A DNA stretch of 64,000 bases. Origin: a virus. Shown piece by piece: positions 58,075-64,000 of the stretch. The stretch is taken from positions 12,530-76,529 of IMG/VR virus record IMGVR_UViG_3300021389_000012; one strand, 5' to 3'. Position 1 is the first letter of the stretch. Every line of letters begins with the position of its first letter. The notes under the pieces were generated by a model that saw only the letters and a program-made list of their open reading frames with translations, was not told where the DNA came from and made no database searches. The translations under genes were made by a program, and so were the position numbers.

Positions 58075-59163
58075 ATGAACAACTATATTTTTACAAGCGA
58101 AAGTGTAAGCGACGGACACCCAGATAAAGTTTCTGACCAGATTAGTGATGCATTAGTTGATGCAGGACTAAAGAATGGCGATGAAACTACTCGTGTTGCT
58201 ATCGAAACACTTGTAACTACTAACATGGTAACAGTAGCAGGTGAAGTGAAGAACTTCAATGTTCCTAAAGAAGAAGTAGACGACATCATTCGTAGAAAAG
58301 TCAAAGAGATTGGCTATGAACAAGATGGGTTTCATTGGGAAAAACTAAGAATTTACAATGAAATTCATTCACAATCAAGTGACATTGGATTAGGTACTGA
58401 TAGTTTTGGTGCAGGTGACCAAGGTATTATGTTTGGCTATGCAACTAATGAAAACGATGCAATGCTACCAGCACCAATTCATTACTCACATGAAATTCTA
58501 AAGAAACTAAAAGAACTTCGATTAGATGGATATGATTTCTTACTACCAGATGCAAAATCTCAAGTAAGTATTCAGTATGTTGGTGGTCGTGTTCAACGAG
58601 CAGACCAAATTGTTGTAAGTACACAACATAAACAAGGCTTTGAGCATAGTCTCAAGTCACCTGTCAAAGATGCAGTCAACAGTGTAATGGGAGATTTAAT
58701 AGACAATGAAACTACTTGGCATATCAATCCTACAGGCAATTTTGTCATTGGTGGTCCTGATGGCGATACAGGACTCACCGGGCGTAAGATTATCGTTGAT
58801 ACTTATGGTGGCTATGCTCCCCATGGTGGTGGTGCCTTTTCTGGAAAAGACCCCACAAAAGTCGACCGAAGTGCCGCCTACATGGCAAGGTGGTTAGCAA
58901 AGAATGTTGTAGCAGATAATATGGCAGATTGGTGCCAAATTCAATTGTCATATGCTATCGGCGTAAAAGAACCAACAAGTATCTACTTAGATAGTAATGG
59001 ACACAACAGAACTATTCAAAAGTATATTGAAGAAAACATTGACCTAACACCAAAAGGTATCATTGATAGATTTGATTTATTCAAGTTTTATGGTTATAGT
59101 GAAAACTGTACATACGGACACTTTGGTGACAAAGATGTTCCGTGGGAGAAGATAGGGTGGTAA
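58075..59163 (+). CDS. metK: S-adenosylmethionine synthetase
   Basis: FTSESVSDGHPDK, GAGDQG, GLTGRKIIVDTYGG and GGGAFSGKDPTKVDRS. Confidence 0.97.
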   Translation: MNNYIFTSESVSDGHPDKVSDQISDALVDAGLKNGDETTRVAIETLVTTNMVTVAGEVKNFNVPKEEVDDIIRRKVKEIGYEQDGFHWEKLRIYNEIHSQSSDIGLGTDSFGAGDQGIMFGYATNENDAMLPAPIHYSHEILKKLKELRLDGYDFLLPDAKSQVSIQYVGGRVQRADQIVVSTQHKQGFEHSLKSPVKDAVNSVMGDLIDNETTWHINPTGNFVIGGPDGDTGLTGRKIIVDTYGGYAPHGGGAFSGKDPTKVDRSAAYMARWLAKNVVADNMADWCQIQLSYAIGVKEPTSIYLDSNGHNRTIQKYIEENIDLTPKGIIDRFDLFKFYGYSENCTYGHFGDKDVPWEKIGW

Positions 59164-59179
59164 ACAAGGAGAATTTGTA

Positions 59180-59467
59180 ATGATTAAGACGTTATTTGGA
59201 AAAGGTTATTCGAAGAAGTTCATGGACAGAATCGAATTTAGAAGAAAAGAATATTATGAGAAGCGTAGAATTCAAACTATACGGGCGAATGCTATGAAGA
59301 TGGCTCATAACTGGAAACACGAATATCCTGAAGGGACTCCATTAGATTATATTTGTGATGATATTATCGAATGTTGGGAAAGAAATGCAAAAGTAGGCAT
59401 CTTTAGTGGCATAGATAAGAAACAGGATATCAAAATTGATAATCCGAAAGGAGATGATAATGAGTAA
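59180..59467 (+). CDS. hypothetical protein
   Basis: 95 aa with AAGGAG RBS. Confidence 0.65.
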   Translation: MIKTLFGKGYSKKFMDRIEFRRKEYYEKRRIQTIRANAMKMAHNWKHEYPEGTPLDYICDDIIECWERNAKVGIFSGIDKKQDIKIDNPKGDDNE

Positions 59468-59927
59468 GACACTTAATCCAACATCCTGGTTTGGTACGCC
59501 AGAAGAAAAAGAACGAGCAGTTGCTAGGCGAATTACGGATGAAAAAGAACAAGCAATTGCACTTGAAGAAATAAACTTTAAGTACGGACATACTGACCAA
59601 CATACTTATGATAAGAATATGGCAACACACAACGGTGAAGAATATATTCGAGTGATTGGTATGGAATTAGACAAAGACAAACCAGGACAAGGTTTCTTTG
59701 AGTTAGATTTCAATGATAATTTTGTAGAATATCTAGCAAAGGCTGGTTATGATGGGCTAGAACAAGACCAAATCGTAGATAATTGGTTCAGTGATTTGTG
59801 TAAGAACATTGTACTGAATGATTTAGAAGACGAAGAAGGTATTAGAAGAAGTGTACAGTCTGATAGTAAAGAAGGCCTAATCATCAGTAAGATTAAAACT
59901 GACAAAGATACTTCCGAATATTATTAA
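59460..59927 (+). CDS. conserved hypothetical phage protein
   Basis: GFFELDFND.FV..L...GY....IVDNWFSDLCKN; start MSKTL after AGGAG. Confidence 0.7.
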   Translation: MSKTLNPTSWFGTPEEKERAVARRITDEKEQAIALEEINFKYGHTDQHTYDKNMATHNGEEYIRVIGMELDKDKPGQGFFELDFNDNFVEYLAKAGYDGLEQDQIVDNWFSDLCKNIVLNDLEDEEGIRRSVQSDSKEGLIISKIKTDKDTSEYY

Positions 59928-59930
59928 AAC

Positions 59931-59959
59931 TTGACCAATTTCTCAAGTTATGATATAAT
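59931..59959 (+). promoter_or_regulatory. sigma70 promoter
   Basis: TTGACC, 17 bp spacer, TATAAT with an upstream TG. Confidence 0.75.
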
Positions 59960-59990
59960 GGTAGTAACTTAAATATAGAGAGAGAAACAT

Positions 59991-60989
59991 ATGGCAACAT
60001 TCATTCTAGTCGATTCGTTTAATATGTATCATAGAGCAAAGCACGTAGCAATGCGTGGTGCTAGTATTGATATGAAAATTGGTATGGCATATCATATTAT
60101 GCTTAGTAGTGTAAAACTATGTTATAACAAATTCAATGCAGACCATGCCGTGTTCTGCCTAGAGGGTCGCAGTTGGCGTAAAGACTTCTATGAACCTTAT
60201 AAAAAGAATAGACAAGTCGCCCGTATGGCTAAGAGTGTCAGAGAACAAGAAGAAGACCAAATTATGTTTGATTCTTACGCAGATATGGTAGAGTTCTTAG
60301 ATACAAAAACTAATGTAACGATGTTACGAAATCCAGAAGCAGAAGCAGACGATATGATTGCTTTGTTTATTGCGGCACATCCAAATGATAATCATATTAT
60401 CGTATCAAGCGATAGTGATTACTTTCAACTTATCACAGACAATGTAACTATGTATGATGGTGTACAAAATCGTATCATTACTAAAGATGGTTTCTTTAAA
60501 GATGATAAGAATATGACTCCTATCAAAGAGAAGAAGACTGGTGAAATCAAAGAGAAAGTAGACCCAGAGTGGGCATTGTTTGAGAAGTGTGTGCGTGGTG
60601 ATACATCAGATAACATCTTTAGTGCATATCCTGGTTGTCGTAAGAAAGGTACTAAGAACAAAATTGGTATGTTAGAAGCATACGCAGACAGAGATACTGG
60701 TGGGTTCAATTGGAATAACTTTATGTTACAACGCTGGACTGACCATAATGGCGTAGAACATACTGTGCGTGATGATTATGAACGCAATGTTAAATTGGTA
60801 GACTTAACTGCTCAACCACACGACCTTAAAGTAAAGTTTATTGAAACTATTGCAGAGAATAGTATTCCTAAGACTAATGCTGGTGTTGGTATGAACTTCT
60901 TAAAGTTCTGTGGCATACACGATTTACAAAATCTTGCTAAGTCGCCTGACGAACTTGCGAAAATACTCAACAATCCGTATCCTGTATAA
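59991..60989 (+). CDS. T4-type RNase H / 5'-3' flap exonuclease
   Basis: ILVDSFN, SWRKDFY..YKKNR, EADD, SSDSD and GDTSDNI. Confidence 0.92.
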   Translation: MATFILVDSFNMYHRAKHVAMRGASIDMKIGMAYHIMLSSVKLCYNKFNADHAVFCLEGRSWRKDFYEPYKKNRQVARMAKSVREQEEDQIMFDSYADMVEFLDTKTNVTMLRNPEAEADDMIALFIAAHPNDNHIIVSSDSDYFQLITDNVTMYDGVQNRIITKDGFFKDDKNMTPIKEKKTGEIKEKVDPEWALFEKCVRGDTSDNIFSAYPGCRKKGTKNKIGMLEAYADRDTGGFNWNNFMLQRWTDHNGVEHTVRDDYERNVKLVDLTAQPHDLKVKFIETIAENSIPKTNAGVGMNFLKFCGIHDLQNLAKSPDELAKILNNPYPV

Positions 60990-61705
60990 TGCATTATATA
61001 TTTGATGTAGATGGCACTCTTACACCGAGTAGAGATAGAATAGACGAAGACTTTAGACTATGGTTTTTAGACTTTGTTGAATATCATAATGTTTACTTAG
61101 TTACAGGAAGTGACCAAAGCAAAACAGTAGAACAAATAGGGGAAGAACTATTTGCTAAAGTAGAATGTGTATATAATTCATCAGGCAATACTAAACATAA
61201 GAATGGTGTATGTGTATTCAATACTAAAGATTTAGAATTGCCAAGAGATGCATATGCATTCTTACTAAAGAAATCGATTAGTACTGACTTTGATATTGCT
61301 ACTGGAAATCATTTTGAATCCAGACCAGGATTATTAAACTTTAGTATTGTTGGTAGAAATGCTAATAGAGTACAACGAAAGAAATATGTTAAGTTTGATA
61401 ATTCAACTAATGAAAGACGACTTATTTCTGATGAATTTAATAAAAAGTTTACTAAGAAATTAGGTCTAGTTTCACAAGTTGCAGGCGAAACAGGACTAGA
61501 CATTATTGAGATGGGAAAAGATAAAGCACAAATATTAAAAGATTTTACATTCCAAGACGAACTAATGTTCTTTGGTGATAACATTCAACCAGGTGGCAAT
61601 GATTATGGAATTGCACAAGCAATTAAATATGCACCGTATAAATATTCAGAGTGTCATAATGTAAAGAATTGGAAAGAAACTTGGAAGATACTTAAGAAAA
61701 TATGA
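60989..61705 (+). CDS. HAD-IIB phosphomannomutase-like enzyme
   Basis: FDVDGTLTPSR, VTGSD, NFSIVGRNA and FFGD...GGND. Confidence 0.85.
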   Translation: MHYIFDVDGTLTPSRDRIDEDFRLWFLDFVEYHNVYLVTGSDQSKTVEQIGEELFAKVECVYNSSGNTKHKNGVCVFNTKDLELPRDAYAFLLKKSISTDFDIATGNHFESRPGLLNFSIVGRNANRVQRKKYVKFDNSTNERRLISDEFNKKFTKKLGLVSQVAGETGLDIIEMGKDKAQILKDFTFQDELMFFGDNIQPGGNDYGIAQAIKYAPYKYSECHNVKNWKETWKILKKI

Positions 61706-62223
61706 TATACACTACAGAAATAGTTAAAGATAAGTTTTGGATTGTAGAGAATTCAGGAGTTAAAATAGGAACAATACGTTTCTGTTCGTCTGATGATTTT
61801 GAATTGACTATAAAAGAAGACAGTGTTAATGAACATCTATCGTTATCAGAACTTATTAATCGTTATGGTGAAAAGATACTAATACCTAAAGAAACTACAG
61901 TAAACATAATTGATAGAACTGACACTAGGGGCGGATGGCACACTTCTTTAGCAGATATAGAAGGATATCCATCTAAGCATCTAGTTTACAATGTAGAAAT
62001 AATAGAGAAGAACGGAAAACAATTTTACACATATACCAAGAGCAAGACTAGTAGTGTAAGATATGCCGCAGGATATTACGGAGTAAAATACCCTGCTGGT
62101 TGGAGATGGTTCTATGGCGGAAAACTTGAAACTTTAGATACCTACGAGTTCATTGGTCCATTCAAATCTAAATCAGCAATGGATATCGAAACAAAGTTAG
62201 CGACTAAACGTGATGAATTATAA
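61702..62223 (+). CDS. hypothetical protein
   Basis: 173 aa; KFWIVE and YTKSKTS..RYAAGYY..GPFKS. Confidence 0.7.
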   Translation: MIYTTEIVKDKFWIVENSGVKIGTIRFCSSDDFELTIKEDSVNEHLSLSELINRYGEKILIPKETTVNIIDRTDTRGGWHTSLADIEGYPSKHLVYNVEIIEKNGKQFYTYTKSKTSSVRYAAGYYGVKYPAGWRWFYGGKLETLDTYEFIGPFKSKSAMDIETKLATKRDEL

Positions 62224-62401
62224 ACATTTAAAAAACCTATTAGCGACTATCAAACAAGCGAATATAAGAGGCGACAACAAAATAACACTGCCTATAAAAG
62301 AGGCAAATGAAATTCAGAATGATATTGCCTTACTGTTATTAGAACTTAAAACTAAAGATTCGACAGAAGAAAAGACAATCGACGGCGGTAAATTCGACTA
62401 A
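62210..62401 (+). CDS. hypothetical protein
   Basis: 63 aa ending DGGKF. Confidence 0.55.
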   Translation: MMNYKHLKNLLATIKQANIRGDNKITLPIKEANEIQNDIALLLLELKTKDSTEEKTIDGGKFD

Positions 62402-62474
62402 TATATCAATTATATCAGCATATAATACATAAAATTTGATAAATAAGAGTATAACAAATAATAAGGATACTCTT

Positions 62475-62762
62475 ATGGCTAGACCTAAACCTATAATAAT
62501 CTTAGAACATACCGATAATCAAACTTATCGGAGTGAACAAGTTCTCAAGGCAACAGCCGTGTATTCCGTGTTTCATAAAGGGGAAGCAATCAATCTTCGT
62601 AGTCTTAACTCACTCGTAAACTTTCCTGGACCAAAATATAAGAAGGTGTCATTCAGTAACCCAGGACACGCAATCAATCTAGCACAGCGATTGAATAAGT
62701 TATTCAGATGCGATGATTTCGAAGTATATATACTCACAAAGGGTGATAAATTAGAGTTGTAA
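62475..62762 (+). CDS. conserved hypothetical phage protein
   Basis: MARPKP...GPKYKKVSFSNPGHAINLA; late promoter at 62439. Start reassigned. Confidence 0.7.
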   Translation: MARPKPIIILEHTDNQTYRSEQVLKATAVYSVFHKGEAINLRSLNSLVNFPGPKYKKVSFSNPGHAINLAQRLNKLFRCDDFEVYILTKGDKLEL

Positions 62763-62764
62763 CT

Positions 62765-63154
62765 GTGGACAAGAAAGAGTTAATAAGTTATATTAACAAA
62801 CACACAACTGGAAAAACAGCAGGCAGAAAAGAAATCACTATTACTGATATCTTTATCAGTGCCCAGCCTGACACAGGATTTAGAGTATCACCTCTTGGCA
62901 GAGATATTCTCAAAAAACATTTCAAAACATATAAGATAGAACTGAAGTTAGGTTTAGACACTATGCATCAACATAGAAAAAATGCAATAGGAACTGGTCA
63001 TCAAATACTCACACTCGATAAGTATCTTAATACGCCATATTATCTAAGAAAGTCAACATTAGTTTTATTTGAAGAAGTGCCTGCCGCAGAGTTATTAATG
63101 CTTGATGGAGACATAAACCTCTGGGTACAAAATAAAACATTTTATAATACCTAA
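62765..63154 (+). CDS. hypothetical protein
   Basis: 129 aa, GTG start. Confidence 0.65.
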   Translation: MDKKELISYINKHTTGKTAGRKEITITDIFISAQPDTGFRVSPLGRDILKKHFKTYKIELKLGLDTMHQHRKNAIGTGHQILTLDKYLNTPYYLRKSTLVLFEEVPAAELLMLDGDINLWVQNKTFYNT

Positions 63155-63159
63155 AAAAC

Positions 63160-63187
63160 TTGACAAAACCCCGAATCGTGCTATAAT
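63160..63187 (+). promoter_or_regulatory. sigma70 promoter with GANTC in the spacer
   Basis: TTGACA, 16 bp spacer containing CGAATCG, TATAAT. Confidence 0.75.
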
Positions 63188-63217
63188 ACTTGTATAGATA
63201 ATCAAAAAGGGTAACAA

Positions 63218-63460
63218 ATGTCAGTAAATTTCAAAGAATTTTCACGCTTTTTCAACCAATCAGCAAACCTAGAAGAAAACAAACTTTCAGATGGCACTAT
63301 CAACTGGAGTTTTGTTGATGCGGACTGCTGTCTTTCTGGGTGGAACACTAAGATTGGCGATGAATACTTAGATATCTTTGATAAGATGGTAGAAGATTTT
63401 ATCCTAGATGATGCAGGTGAAAAATTAGAAGTATTGAAAAGGGAATATCTGGGTCAATAA
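63218..63460 (+). CDS. hypothetical early protein
   Basis: 80 aa; ENKLSDGTINWSFVDAD. Confidence 0.65.
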   Translation: MSVNFKEFSRFFNQSANLEENKLSDGTINWSFVDADCCLSGWNTKIGDEYLDIFDKMVEDFILDDAGEKLEVLKREYLGQ

Positions 63461-63469
63461 GTCAAAAAC

Positions 63470-63497
63470 TTGACAAATCCAGAATCAGTGTTACAAT
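63470..63497 (+). promoter_or_regulatory. sigma70 promoter with GANTC in the spacer
   Basis: TTGACA, 16 bp spacer containing AGAATCA, TACAAT. Confidence 0.7.
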
Positions 63498-63526
63498 AAT
63501 AGTATATTAAATAGAGAGGTTAATTT

Positions 63527-64000
63527 ATGAATAAAGTATCAACAAACGATTTAGATGTGAGAGTAGTTCGTCCTAGTGATGTTCGTGCTGAAATCAACTA
63601 TGCTATGAACCGAAAGCGTCCTGTGTTTATTTGGGGACCTCCTGGTGTTGGTAAATCAGAGATAGTAGACAGTATTACACAAGAACGCTCTGGTTTTATG
63701 ATTGACCTTCGTCTTGCTCTTATGGAGCCTACAGATTTACGAGGTATTCCATACTTCAATGAGAAGAATGGTACTATGGAATGGGCCACACCTTCAGATT
63801 TGCCTAGCCAAGAACTTGCTGACCAGTATGAAAGTGTTGTTCTTTTCTTAGATGAAATGAACCAAGCACCACAATCAGTTCAAGCCGCGGCTTATCAGTT
63901 AATTCTAAACCGTCGTTTAGGTTCTTATGTACTACCTGACAATGTGTTAATCGTTGCGGCTGGTAACAGAGAGAGTGATAGAGGTGTTGCATATCGTATG
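63527..64000 (+). CDS. MoxR-type AAA+ ATPase (3'-truncated)
   Basis: VFIWGPPGVGKS (Walker A), DLRGIP, LFLDEMN (Walker B) and IVAAGN. Confidence 0.9.
   Translation, partial: MNKVSTNDLDVRVVRPSDVRAEINYAMNRKRPVFIWGPPGVGKSEIVDSITQERSGFMIDLRLALMEPTDLRGIPYFNEKNGTMEWATPSDLPSQELADQYESVVLFLDEMNQAPQSVQAAAYQLILNRRLGSYVLPDNVLIVAAGNRESDRGVAYRM

Noticed and set aside
1-64000. Stop-codon reassignment
   Set aside because: Core genes are full length under the standard code, and TAA, TAG and TGA all serve as stops.

Overview
This 64 kb window comes from an AT-rich, large T4-related (Tevenvirinae-like or jumbo) myovirus, probably aquatic. It holds the virion morphogenesis module: a gp26/gp51-like pair, two tape-measure-like paralogs, portal, prohead core, protease, scaffold, major capsid protein, a block of Ser/Thr-rich fibre or decoration proteins (three with S74 chaperone domains), neck and tail-terminator proteins, sheath, tube, head completion nuclease, terminase and acidic internal head proteins. 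Accessory enzymes are interspersed: two glycosyltransferase-like proteins, Nudix, an SbmA/BacA transporter, dNMP kinase, an Asp/Asn hydroxylase, a QueC-like ATPase and an amidinotransferase. The start of the replication module follows: family B DNA polymerase, N6-adenine MTase, clamp, Apt, MetK, RNase H, PMM-like HAD enzyme and a MoxR AAA ATPase. Transcription signals are T4-style late promoters (NTAAATA) and sigma70 promoters. The most notable unannotated signals are: (1) two independently promoted, highly structured candidate ncRNAs (about 172-790 behind a GIY-YIG-like gene, and 12475-12691 behind the capsid gene); (2) a glnA/glutamine-type riboswitch in front of an unannotated 50-aa basic peptide; (3) a -1 slippery site plus pseudoknot that would fuse the gp26- and gp51-like ORFs, as in lambda G/GT; (4) a sharp boundary near 51.1 kb, beyond which I found no GATC or AGCT for about 13 kb; (5) a repeated LKELSGI module that may be a capsid-loading tag; (6) three S74 fibres with a shared tip followed by one 61-aa cap protein and glycosyltransferases. 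All calls come from reading the sequence by eye; no database searches or folding programs were run.
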